This document shows positions 13,181-24,951 of a stretch of DNA of 64,000 nucleotides, piece after piece (the stretch's first letter is position 1; the number at the start of each line of letters is the position of its first letter). The DNA is from Octopus vulgaris (lineage: Eukaryota). The position numbers and the translations under genes are program-made. The notes below the pieces were generated by a model. That model did not search any database. It saw nothing but the letters and a program-made list of their open reading frames with translations, and was not told the origin of the DNA. The stretch is taken from contig OX597836.1 of the NCBI GenBank assembly GCA_951406725.2, positions 31,000,001-31,064,000 on the forward strand, written 5' to 3'.

Positions 13181-13602
13181 CAGGGAATACTGCTGCAAAG
13201 ACCGATGAGTGGCTCATGGTCGATAATGCTGGAGAAGTTCCCACCGTAACGGTTACAGACGTTTCAAAAAGCTGTGAGACGACCAAAAGTCTGGAGTCTA
13301 CCAAGAGTTCCGATTCCGTTCAAAGCAGTGATACAATCAAAAGTGGGGACACAGCGAAAATTTTAGACTCTACAAGATTAACAGATGATGAAAAGTCAAC
13401 TGATTCTCCTAGGCTGTCAGACAGCTCTAAAATTGTACAAGACTCTCCACCAACGCAAGTTGATGGTAGCAGACCAGATCTAACTAAAACTCGGAGTACT
13501 GACAAGAGCAAAAGCCCATTTAAATGGAAAAGGGGTAAGAAAATGCAGAAAGCAGACAGCATGAGTACAGGAAGTTCTTCACCCTGTGAGAAATGTCGTT
13601 TG
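13181..13602 (+). CDS. Internal coding exon of a large host gene; low-complexity Ser/Thr/Asp/Lys-rich linker ending ...SSPCEKCRL
   Basis: Polypyrimidine tract plus acceptor ttttcttccag|CAG|G at 13180/13183. Stop-free frame GNTAAKTDEWLMVDNAGEVPTVTV...CEKCRL, non-repetitive, with higher GC than the flanks. Consensus donor TG|GTAAGT at 13602/13603 (phase 0). Confidence 0.85.
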
Positions 13603-14029
13603 GTAAGTATTTTTTTCCATCTACAATACATACAGCTTCATGACTCCCATGAGAAAATCTCTGATATTAGCCTTTTTCTTGAGACCCCATGAAAAGGGCT
13701 TCGGTACCACTCTTTATCATTTTATGGATTATTGGCTATATACTCTTTTACTCTTTTACTTGTTTCAGTCATTTGACTGTGGCCATGCTGGAGCACCGCC
13801 TTTAGTTGAGCAAATCGACCCCATGACTTATTCTTTGTAAGCCTAGTACTTATTCTATTGGCCTCTTTTGCCGAACCGCTAAGTTACAGGGACGTAAACA
13901 CACCAGCAATGTTGGGGGGACAAATGCAGACACACAAACACATACACACACACATACATACATATATATATATAAATATATATATATACATATATAGGAC
14001 AGGTTTCTTTCAGTTTCTGTCCACCAAAT

Positions 14030-14061
14030 CTGGGTTCTCATTCCTAAGGTATTTTTTGATC

Positions 14062-14099
<38 letters not shown>

Positions 14100-14231
14100 A
14101 TGCAGGTCCCTGCTTGGAATCGAACTCAGAATCTTGGGGTTAGTAGCCTGCGCTCTTAACCACTACGTCATATGCCCGTGGGCTACTAACCCCAAGATTC
14201 ATAGTTCGATTCCAAGCAGGGACCTGAATAA

Positions 14232-14281
<50 letters not shown>

Positions 14282-14426
14282 TCATCGAAAAATACCTTAG
14301 GAATGAGAACCCAGGTTCGAAATTTCCCCAAAACACCTGAAGAAGGCTGGAGGGTATATCAGCCGAAACGTGTTAACAACAAACAAGATGAGGACAAATA
14401 TCCGTCAAATGTAAATAATGTAAATA
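14030..14426. mobile_element. Fold-back element: tRNA-like head + microsatellite + Penelope-type tail with hammerhead motif
   Basis: Inverted arms 14030-14148 and 14181-14314. tRNA-like sequence on - (ggcatatgacgtagtggttaagagcgcaggctACTaaccccaagattctgagttcgattcc). CTGAAGA..GAAAC core at 14337-14369. Confidence 0.75.
14332..14374 (+). ncRNA. Minimal type I hammerhead ribozyme motif, probably inactive
   Basis: aacac-CTGAAGA-a-ggctg(gagggtatat)cagcc-GAAAC-gtgtt. Stem I is aacac/gtgtt and stem II is ggctg/cagcc. The NUH cleavage triplet appears to be missing. Confidence 0.65.
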
Positions 14427-16617
14427 TTGGAGAAAGAAACCTTACTGTTTTTTGCAATACATACTAATACATTCTAAGCAAAATTTTTTCAAGGACTCCT
14501 TGAAATAATATTGTGGATCCCCAATTTACTATTTTGTTGTGTAGACCCCTCAAAATTTTATATAAACCCACAGGGGCCATATGGACCCTGGTTGAGAGAG
14601 AACCACTGGTCTAAAATGTTAGTGTTGTATTTGTACCAGCTTTGCATAGAGCTTTGTATTAATATTCTTTTACTTGTTTCAGTCATTTGACTACGCCCAT
14701 ACTGGAGCACCACCTTTTAGTCAAAGAAATCGACCCCAGGACTTATTATGTTTTTTAAGCCTGGCACTTATTCTATTGATCTCTTTTGCCGAACTGCTAA
14801 GTTATGGGGGACGTAAACACACCACCACTGGTTGCCAAGTGGTGATAGGGAGACAAACACAGACACAAAGACACACACATGATTTATACATACATGCATA
14901 CATACATACATACATATATATATATATACACACACAAGCAGCTATTGAGACATTCTAGAAGGGTCTTCTAGAATGTCTCAATGTAAGGGTTATAGAAAGG
15001 CTTGTTTTTAGTGCCCACCTCCAGTGTGTGTATGGCAACCCACAGAACAGCTCCACACTCTCTTGTCGTTTATAATAGTCATTTTCATGTCTTCTACTCA
15101 ACCTGAATGTGTCATTACAGTTGGCAGATACGAATCTAATCAGTATATTTTCTCCTCTCTCGGTAAGCTCCAGTACAGAACTTTTGTAATCAACTATTAA
15201 CAAATGCTACAGAATTATTCTCCCAATTGTGTTGACTTCTTGTGGAAACTTTCTAATTCATGACCAACCTGAAATTATTTATGCAGTAAAACAAAAGTTC
15301 TAATTAAATCTTTACATGGTGTTGTTATATATGTTTCTTTATTGCCCACAAGGGGCTAAACATAGAGAGGACAAACAAATGGATTAAGTCGATTACATCG
15401 ACCCCAGTGCGTAACTGGTACTTAATTTATCGACCCTGAAAGGATGAAAGGCAAAGTCGACCTCGGCGCATTTAACTGCAACCTTACCTTCAGACCCCAT
15501 TTGCAACAGATCCATTTATAAAAGAATTCGAGTGAGGTCATTGCCAGTACCGCCTGACTGGCCCCCGTGCCGGTGGCACGTAAAAAGCACCAACTACACT
15601 GTCGGAGTGGTTGGCGTTAGGAAGAGCATCCAGCTGTAGAAACTCTGCCAAATCAAGATTGGAGCCTGGTGCAACCATCTGGTTTGCCAGCCCTCAATCA
15701 AAATCGTCCAACCCATGCTAGCATGGAAAGCGGACGTTAAACGATGATGATGATGATGATGATGAAGTGCATGCAAATAACTTTATCTTGTTTTCTTTGG
15801 AATGTTTTTTTTTCAGCCATTCTAAGAAAAAATATAAACTACCTCTCAAATTTTTAATTATAAGCCACTGTTTCTAAGAAGTTCCTGCTCGGTGCTGATA
15901 ATGCACTGAACAGGAATTTTCTGGGGTATTTTTTTAATGATTTAATCAGAATGTGTAGGGCAGCTATTTAGTCAATAACTACTAGGCTAAATGCCTTCCT
16001 CCACACACACACATACACGTGTGTGTGTGTATGTGTGTGTGTGTGTGTGCTGACACTGCTTGGGTGGTGTAATGTTTGTATGTCTCACATAAACAATATA
16101 TCCTGCAGCTCAATATTTTTGACGTGTGAAGACAAGCGGAATAAAATATCTTGTAAAACAAGTAAGAATTTTATGTGAGAAAGGACATCAAACTATAGCA
16201 TACTGCCTCAAGAAATATGAACCAGCCCATGCCATCATGGAAAAAAAGTACATGGAAAACTACTGCTGCTGCTCATGATGATGATGATGATGATGATGAC
16301 ATTTTAAAACAAGTTCTTGTTTATTCCCATGTCAGTACTTATTTAGCAGACCTATGATCAATGGCATTCCAACCATGACAGTCCTAACTGTTATTCTTAA
16401 AAACAGTATATAACATAATTTGCTCTCCCCACCCTTTTTTTTTTAAAAAAAAGACATTAGAGTAGAGTGTGATTTGAAGGAGAGTTGATTTTATTTATAA
16501 AAACAAGAGTATTGTTCTTGCCAGTTGGTTGGTTGATTCTCGTTATCATGGAGATATGGAAAGTGAATATTTTTAAGTAAACAGCATATACCTTGTGAAT
16601 TTCAATTTTCCTAATGA

Positions 16618-17186
16618 ATTTCTTTTTGTGCCTTATAATGTAACACACTCACCAGTAAAATTTCCACTTATTTCTTATTTTTATTTCCCTAAAATTTTCG
16701 TTGCGTCTTGCAACCTTTTCAAACACTCACCAGTAAAATTTCCACTTATTTCTTATTTTTATTTCCCTAAAATTTTCGTTGTGTCTTGCAGCCTTTTCAC
16801 TAGTCTTGAAAAGGTTGCAAGACACAACGAAAATTTTAGGAAAATATAAATAAGAAATAAGTGGAAATTTTACCAGTGAATGTATTACATTATAAGGCAC
16901 AAAAAGAAAATGACTCTCCCCAGACACAACAGAATATGCCTCAACACACGAACTCATATAAAGAATCTTGCAAACCAAATCCCAAAACGAAACATAATGA
17001 ATTTAATTTTCCCTGCTAAGTTCTTAATATCTTTTGTTTTGGTTATCTAACTGGCCAGGTTAACACCAAATTAAATTGCTTTTATTCTTCACTCTCTTCC
17101 AACGAATAGGCATTCAGTAACAGATATAATTCTGTTTTCTCCCAGAAGAAAACACAGAACAAAGTAGCAAAGTTCAAATACAGAAA

Positions 17187-17190
<4 letters not shown>
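16618..17190 (+). mobile_element. Penelope-like element 5' end with inverted pseudo-LTR and degraded ORF start
   Basis: Inverted repeat ~16618-16799 vs 16807-16910, with a 78-bp tandem duplication in the left arm. ATG at 16910 gives MTLPRHNRICLNTRTHIKNLANQI, homologous to peptides at 62700-62780(-) and 55875-55975(-). Confidence 0.7.
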
Positions 17191-17238
<48 letters not shown>

Positions 17239-17289
17239 TGAAAATTGAAAAATTGAAAAAGTAGGATGGAAGATTGCGAAGATAAAGCA

Positions 17290-17915
17290 CTATACAAGAA
17301 ATTGAAAACGAATGAACTGGGTAAAGAAAAGAATGCACGGTCAATTTCATGGGGATGCTGAAGATAAGATAAACAGAAAAAAAAGATGGCTGTGGATGAC
17401 TAAAAGTGATTTAAAACTGGAAATGGAGGCTCTAATCTGTGCTGCTCAAGACCAAGCACTAAGAACAAACTACATAAAATACAGAATAGACAATACAGCA
17501 GAAAGTGATAAGTGCAGAATCTGTGGACAAAACGGTGAAACTGCATGGCATATTACCAGCCAGTGTACGCCACTAGCCTAGAAGAAATATAAGAGATGCC
17601 ACGACAATATAGCCAGGCTTGTCCATTGGACACTTTGCAACAAGTAGGGACTTGACAGAGCCAAAAGTTGGTATGACCACAAACCTGAAGACATTGTCAA
17701 AAATGGGATTTTATGATTCAGTGCTACCATGAGATAGAGAATAGGAAGCCGGACATAGTCTTAATTTAAAAAGAAAACAGACTAAGCTGGATCATAGATA
17801 TAGCATGCCCAGCTGACAACAAGGTATGCGATAGGGAAGAAAAAAAAAGTCGAGAGATATGACAGGTTAGCTTGGGAAGTTAAGTAGTTGTGGTCGATGA
17901 AAAAGGTAGCAGTAG
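17290..17915 (+). mobile_element. Degraded R4/Dong-clade LINE fragment (CCHC knuckle + RLE)
   Basis: MHGQF...ICAAQDQALRTN...CRICGQNGETAWHITSQC, then RKPDIV...WIIDIACPAD with stops and frameshifts. Preceded by (TAA)n. Confidence 0.9.
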
Positions 17916-17939
17916 ACTGAGAGTTTTAGAAGACTGTCT

Positions 17940-19450
17940 AGGCTGGCATTGAAGTCCACCATCTCCACTCTGTCGCTCTTCGTGAACAGTTTGGCAAAGT
18001 GCCACAAAACAAAAAAATGGCATACCATCTGCTTGGAATCAGATAGATGGTTCCTGCTGCAGTCAGCTAAAGATCAGAGTGTGACTTTGTTGACATGCTG
18101 CACCTCTATCATCTATCAAATAACTTTTGCTCCCTCATTTTTCAGACTACACTTCCTAGCATGAAAAATCCATCCTTTGTATCTTACTGTGAGGAAGTAG
18201 GTATGGACCATTCTTGCTGCAAGCAAGACGTAAGCAATCTCTTTTCTGTTTGGTTCTTGTATTCAATTGCCTAACTCCTTCACTGATTTATTATTGTTCT
18301 CTAAATCCTACCTACATTTTTACTAAACCTAACAGATTCTTCTCTAATTTTCCTTTTTAATTAGCTAACACCACCTACTGATCCTTGTTAACTAATTCAC
18401 TAATCCAGTCTTTGAAATATTTCAGTGCCAAGAAACAGTTTCCAATATCTAAGACCATGTTTATTTGTCTTGTATAAATTAATAAATGAAATTTTTTCAT
18501 CTCTATAGCCAAATACTTGAAATTGTTAACAGCAGTATCTCTATTGTTTAATTGAATGAAAATTCTGAGCATGACTGGTATGACTCTGTATTTTGTCCAA
18601 ATCCAACATAGTGTATTCTTGAAATCTAAGCAATACCTGTTTGACATTTAGAACTGCCAGAGCAAGTTTGCAAAACATTTTACACAACTCACTCCAGTAA
18701 TTCATTCCCACACAGTCCTTGTGTATTCTAACACTCCAGTTACCCAATAGCATTATAAGATAAAATGTTCTTAGGGAAACTTCTAAATATCTGAAGAAAC
18801 GTGACTCACTAACCTGCGTCAGAGCATAAATAGCTACCAGTCTGAGAGTACTAAGTACAGTTGTTCACATTTATGGCCACTGATCTTAACATCCTGGTCA
18901 GGGAAGATCATGCTTATTTCTGGGTTTGTGTATTTCTGAAACAGAAGTGCCATACCTTTTCATGTGGGCCAACCTTGTAGTTGGCTGAAGAGACATAGAT
19001 CTTGCAGAGAGTGAGTGAGTGAGTGATTCTCAGAAATCCTGTTCTTGCTGATAACAACTGCACCTAAATTTAGCGCCCTGAGGTCATTCAATTTGTGTTT
19101 CTGCTTCCATACCAATCCTAAATTATGTATATTTATTCATACCACTCTTAAACAAATCATGTTGGTTTATGAAAAGGTAGGAAAAGGCACCTGCTTTGTT
19201 TTAACTTGGTATTTCAGAGTTTTGGGAATGTCTCAAGAATGCCCAAGAAGTCCATCTTCTAGCATATTTATTTAATGATTCTTTATAAAACTTTTCATCT
19301 CACACGGGAACTTTTTTTAAGAAATTCTCAATAGACTGCTAGTATTATCTGCATCAGAGGTCTGCCTTTTTTTCTTTTAAATCTAAGGAAGAAATTAATT
19401 TTTTTTTTCGGCCCCATTTGTTCATATGCTTTTGGCTTTTTGGATAAGCT
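17940..19450 (-). mobile_element. Heavily degraded L1/Tx1-clade LINE (APE endonuclease and linker region)
   Basis: Minus-strand peptides LNDLRALNLGAVVIS, FFRYLEV..LLGNWS (GDxN-like), GLRYWKL (GxGYWKLN-like), KIREESVRFSK and HFAKLF occur in the expected order. Confidence 0.65.
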
Positions 19451-19835
19451 CCATTAACTCATTGTTGTCCTGATCAACAGTAAAATTGTGGTGTGTGAGT
19501 TAGCTGTTGGCTGTTGCTGTGGTGAAGGCACATGTGACCTAGTGGTTAGGGTGTTGCTTTCATGATTGGGAGGTTATGGTTTCAATTCCCGGACCGGGTG
19601 GTGCATTGTGTTCTCGAGCAAAAACACTTCATTTGACATTGCTCTGCAATCACTTCAGCATCAGACATGCAACACACTGAGTAATATTGACATAGGCAAT
19701 GTCGATTCGATGGAGAGAGTACAACACATACATTTGATCACCATAAACAGATCATCTGTGCAGGTTGTTCAGCAAGAAATTGCAAAGTCATCTTTCTCTG
19801 ATTCAGGAGACTACCCAGGTCACTGTTGTTGTTGT

Positions 19836-19891
<56 letters not shown>

Positions 19892-20139
19892 TTGTTGTTG
19901 TTGTTGTTAATTTTTTTTTTTTTGTATTTCTGTATGTTGCTGTGTTAGTTGTTGCAGTTGTTGCTTTTTGTTATCGTTAGTGTTTTTGTTGTTGTTGTTG
20001 TTGTAGATCCTGTTCATGGATTTTGTTGTTGTTCTTTTCGCTGCAGCTGCTGCTGCAGAACCCCCACCACCCCAAACCCCGTCTTGCTTCCAATAACAAT
20101 AATAATAATAATAATAATAATAACAATAATAATAATAAC

Positions 20140-20175
<36 letters not shown>

Positions 20176-20306
20176 TGGTGCCTTGAGCATGATTAAAGAC
20201 AACAGAGACAAATACATAACCAAAACTGCAAGACTTAAGATATATATATATGCATGCATACATACATATATATATATATATATTTGTATATGTATTCATG
20301 TGTGTG

Positions 20307-20357
<51 letters not shown>

Positions 20358-20522
20358 TACAGAGAATTGCACTGCTATGCATTGCACACATATTAAATAG
20401 AGTACTTTGAATACAATAGGAAAATAGAAGAAACAAAAAAAAAACCAAAAAGAAATCACATAATACACAATGCTGCACTGCACTCAGTTGTGCAATGAAA
20501 ACACTCGATAATAAGTCTACTG
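20176..20522 (+). mobile_element. R4/Dong 3' fragment split by an internal (TA)n expansion, flanked by (TAA)n
   Basis: IGALSMIK...KYIT | (TA)n | DLQRIALLCIAHILNRVL, related to 24421-24668. Confidence 0.75.
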
Positions 20523-20524
20523 AA

Positions 20525-20628
20525 AATAATAATAATAATAAATAATAATAATAATAATAATAATAATAGTGCTAATAATAATAATAATAATAATAATAGT
20601 GATAATAATAATAATAATAATAATAGTG

Positions 20629-20661
<33 letters not shown>

Positions 20662-20673
20662 GTAGTAGTAGTA

Positions 20674-20724
<51 letters not shown>

Positions 20725-20784
20725 GTGATAATAATAATAATAATAATAATAATAGTGATAATAATAATAATAATAATAATAGTG

Positions 20785-20820
<36 letters not shown>

Positions 20821-20829
20821 GTAGTAGTA

Positions 20830-20874
<45 letters not shown>

Positions 20875-20925
20875 GTAGTAGTAGTAGTAATGGTGATGAT
20901 GTTGGTGATGATGATGATGATGAGC
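20525..20925. repeat. Long (AAT)n/(AGT)n/(GAT)n microsatellite
   Basis: Directly visible. Confidence 0.97.
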
Positions 20926-21704
20926 TGATCAAAAACTCATTGAATGAAATAGAACACAAATTAATCAATCCACCGCCTTCCCCCCTCTCTCCGCCTTACA
21001 ATTTAGAAAACAAAGCATATATAAATACACGTGTTGAAAACTTAATTGAGTCAAGCCTAATAATTTCAATTGCTTCGATTAAATTTCATCTGATGACAAT
21101 GACGAGCAGCCTCCATTTATCTTGTAAACAATATTTTTAGAAAGAAGCATTATAGCGCCGGTGTGCTACTGTTGGTTAAACTCTCTCTCTCTCTCTCACC
21201 TTCTCAATCTTTGTCTTTCTGTCTGTCTGTCTGCCTGTCTGTCTGTCTGTCTCTGTTTCTCTCTCTCTCTCTCATCCATTTTCTTCTCTAACAATTGCTA
21301 CCACCAAGTGAGATAACTTCTTCATTGCAAAATAATAATTATGCTTTGAGAAAATATCGGATTCTGTTTATGCACAATTTTAATTTTTGTCGCTGATGTT
21401 TAAATTCATTTATTCATTTATATATTTATTTATTTATTAAATTTATAAAATTACTTCATAATTTAATTTTTTATTTTCTGCATCTTCGTCGTCAGAGAGC
21501 TGTTGCAGCATATTAAGCAGAATTAGTTAGATAAAGTGTTGTTTTTTTGTGGTTGTTTTGCCTTATAAGATAATGAAAGGAGAAGGGACATTGCTCATAA
21601 CAGTTTGTCAGCCCATCTCCAATTGGTGATATTGGCATGGTTAACAATCAGTTTAAACATCTCTGACTAGTGGCATTGATGACTTGATGGCATGACACAA
21701 CTGA

Positions 21705-22020
21705 CTGACATTCTGTCAGTCACGATGACACATGTTCCAGTTGAGTTGATCAGCAAAATAGCTTGCACATGAAATCAATGTGCAAGTGGCTGAGCACTCC
21801 ACAGTCATGCATACCCTTAATGTAGTTCTCAGAAAAATTCAGCGTGACAAAGAATGTGACAAGGCTGGTCTTTCGAAATACAGGTACAACTCCTATTTGC
21901 CAGCTGAGTGGACTGGGTCAAGGTGAAATAAAGCATCTTGCTCAAAGACACAACCACCAGGAATTGAACTCAGCACCTTACAATTATGAGTTGAATACAC
22001 TAATCACTAAGCCACAAACC
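21705..22020 (-). mobile_element. CORE-like SINE carrying the same tail as 60393-60773
   Basis: Shares gtggctgagcactccacag...acccttaa.gtagttctc...cagcgtgaca with 60393-60575 but has a CORE-like body. Confidence 0.7.
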
Positions 22021-22239
22021 TTCACTGGTATGACATGGTAGTTAGGTAACTGAGCTCTCCATAATAAAGTCTTGGGTTCAATTTCTCTTCTGGAGTGTAT
22101 TGTGTTCTTGGGCAAGGCACTTTATTTTTTTTTACTCCCACCCACTCCATCCATCCATCTTCTCTGCCCACTATTCCTGATAGGATCATGAGAATAGAGT
22201 CCTCAGGCATCTCCTCCATAGAGTACCATCAGAAGCAAC

Positions 22240-22900
22240 CGTTATTAAACTTTCCAGCCAAATTCCCAAGCGTTATCAACTAAGATTATGGACATTATCC
22301 ATCCATCTCAATCTTGGCCTACCCACTAGCTGTCTCCAGCTGGTTGGCTTGGCTTGCAGAATCTGTCTTGTAAATCATTCCTGCAGCAGTCTAATGTCAA
22401 AACATTAAGATATGTAAATGCTATGTAAATCTCCTAAAGATAAATGCTCTGTAAATCTCCTGGTACAAAGTTGCACAGCATTCAGACTCACACAACCAGG
22501 CACTTGCCAATGATGCAATATCTGCCTCTACATAAACAATACTACAATCATCACTGGGTCCAAGATGCAATATCATATTACTCAGAATTTCTGATGTACA
22601 CGGTCTATCTAACCTTATATATTGCATCATACGCAAACTTTGCGGCACCCTTTACATTGATAAAATAAGCTGATGCCTTGCTGGTTGCTTTCAGGTGCAT
22701 ATTCAAAACATTCCTACATGTGCCAGGCCAACCTGTTCCCACATACTTCAACACTACAGGTCATTCCATCATTCATTTATTAATGTGCATCATTGCCACA
22801 CACACACACCATGAATTCACATTCTCAAAGAAATGAAGAGAATAACCTTTCATTATGAACTTGGCATCATGTCACTGTGAATGGTTTTCCCTTCTACTCT
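22240..22900 (+). mobile_element. Degraded Penelope-like element GIY-YIG endonuclease region
   Basis: ~22608-22712 reads SNLIYCIIRKLCGTLYIDKIS*CLAGCFQVHIQNI (N.IY.I.C..C...YIG.T...L..RF.EH pattern), followed by YFNTTGHSI. Confidence 0.7.
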
Positions 22901-23879
22901 TCCACCGCATCTTGGTTCATTAAACTCTTTCTTGTCCTTCAACTCCCCTCTCTCCTCATCTTTTCCTTTCACATCACTCTCAACAGCTGTAATACCTTCT
23001 ATCTATAAATGTTCTAATATCTACACAGCCTTGATTTTTTATCTCATTACGCAAAAAATTCTTATATACACACGCTGACATATGACCAACGTTGAACCCC
23101 TTATTGCATAATCACCGAACCTGGAATTTAACTATGGTCTGTCTATAGCACTTATCCAGCATTACCTGACACCTTTGGGTCTCAATGACACCATTACCTC
23201 TTATAACCTCAATATATATATATATATACATACATATATATATATATATGTGTGTGTGTGTATATATATATAGATATGTATTATGTATGTGTTTGTGTGT
23301 GTATCTATCAGTTCCTACCTACCAAATCCATGCACAAGGCTTTGGTTGGCCTGGTGGGGTGGGGCTATAGTAGAAAACACTTGCTCGAGGTGTTGCCCAG
23401 TAGGACTGAATATCAGCTCTGGCCATATTATATATTTTTTTATTTATTTTCTGATGAAGAATGCATCCAGTGTTATTTTGCTTATGTCTGTATCCTCTTG
23501 GTGCAAGTTTACCGTATTCACTCATGATGTGACTAATACTTCATCTTTTGCATCCCAATGTCTACACAAGGCTGATTCAACATTTCTCATCGGATACCTG
23601 ACATTTCACATAGATTGTCCAAACTATTTGTTCTTATGCTGTACAGATTAACACCTCAGTTTCAACCTTTAGATCTGATTTTTGCATCCACTTTTATGTC
23701 CATTATTTTTATTAAGGTGGTAAGCTGGCAGGATCATTACATCCTGAGTTTAAATTCCATTGAGGTCAGCTTTTGGGGTTGATAAAATATGTACCTGTTG
23801 AGCACTGGGGGTGGTGTAACCGATTATACAATTCCCAAAATTTCAGGTGTTGTGCCTATAGTAGGTATTATTATTATTA

Positions 23880-23923
<44 letters not shown>

Positions 23924-23971
23924 ATTATTATTATTAATATTATTATTATTATTAATATTATTATTATTATT

Positions 23972-24397
23972 GCCTTTGCACAGCTTGAAACATTGGAAAT
24001 GTCCTATGGTGTCAGTTGTTCACTACTGGTGAACTAAAGTAACACCTTTTATTTTTCGAGCACCTTCCGGAGTATTCGAGCAGTTCCAAGCAGTGCTGTT
24101 TTCTGCAAGTGCTCCACCCTTATTGCAGCCCCTATTTGTTACATGTACTTCTCAAGATTTTTACTCACTGTTCCCAGGGCTCCAACAATTATTGGTACTA
24201 CTACCACGTTTTTCATTGACCACAACTGCTTAGCCTCCCAAGCTAACCTGTCATATCTATTGACTTTTCTTTCTTCCTTATCGCATACCTTGTTGTCAGC
24301 TGGGCATGCAATATCTATGATCCAACATAGTCTGTTTATTTCTCAATTAAGACTATGTCTGGCTTCCTATTCTCTATCTCATGGTCGCACTGAATCA
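23972..24397 (-). mobile_element. R4/Dong 3' fragment, same family as 17290-17915, ending in (TAA)n
   Basis: Minus translation IQCDHEIENRKPDIV..WIIDIACPADNKV..YDRLAWE..PIIVGALG..LLGTARILRKVL. Confidence 0.9.
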
Positions 24398-24420
24398 TTC
24401 TTCTTCTTATTATTATTATT

Positions 24421-24668
24421 CAGTAGTTTTATTTTTATATTGTGCTTTCACTTCACTATCGAGCGCAGCCCTGTGTGTCTTGGGTATGTGCTGTAGTTTG
24501 TTGTGATGCTCTTATGGTTACTGTTTTGAAAGTGTTTTGCGTAGGATGTGTGCAGTGCCCAGTAGTGCATTTTTCTGTATGTTATATATATTTGTAAGTC
24601 CTGATATTTTTCTTATGTATTTGTCTGAATATTTTTTTATCATACCCAATGCACCCACTATGATTGTC
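24421..24668 (-). mobile_element. R4/Dong 3' fragment (second family)
   Basis: TIIVGALGMIKKYSDKYI...LLGTAHILRKTL* followed by 3' UTR and (TAA)n tail. Confidence 0.88.
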
Positions 24669-24879
24669 ACATTTTGCTTGTGATCAGAGATACCCATATT
24701 ATCAACCACTAAGGGACATGCTCAACTGGTTAAAGTCAAGCTACTGACAAGCAAATCTGTAGTGCTGAGCAGAATATTTGCTGTAGCCCATCTTTTATAC
24801 CAAGACAAAACGTGAACATGTTAACACTGCCAATCACTTAAGATCTGAAGCCATGAGAGCCTGTTATTGCATCAGGGCA

Positions 24880-24941
<62 letters not shown>

Positions 24942-24951
24942 TATTATTATT

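Noticed and set aside
13216-13692. 158-aa ORF as a stand-alone gene
   Set aside because: The frame is open upstream to a splice acceptor and a strong donor lies at 13603. It is an internal exon and the last 29 codons are intronic.
20456-20968. Poly-Leu/Ile/Asn/His/Ser ORFs (also 6030-6672, 27568-28674, 41508-42538, 63000-63290)
   Set aside because: Trinucleotide microsatellites with no splice or domain support.
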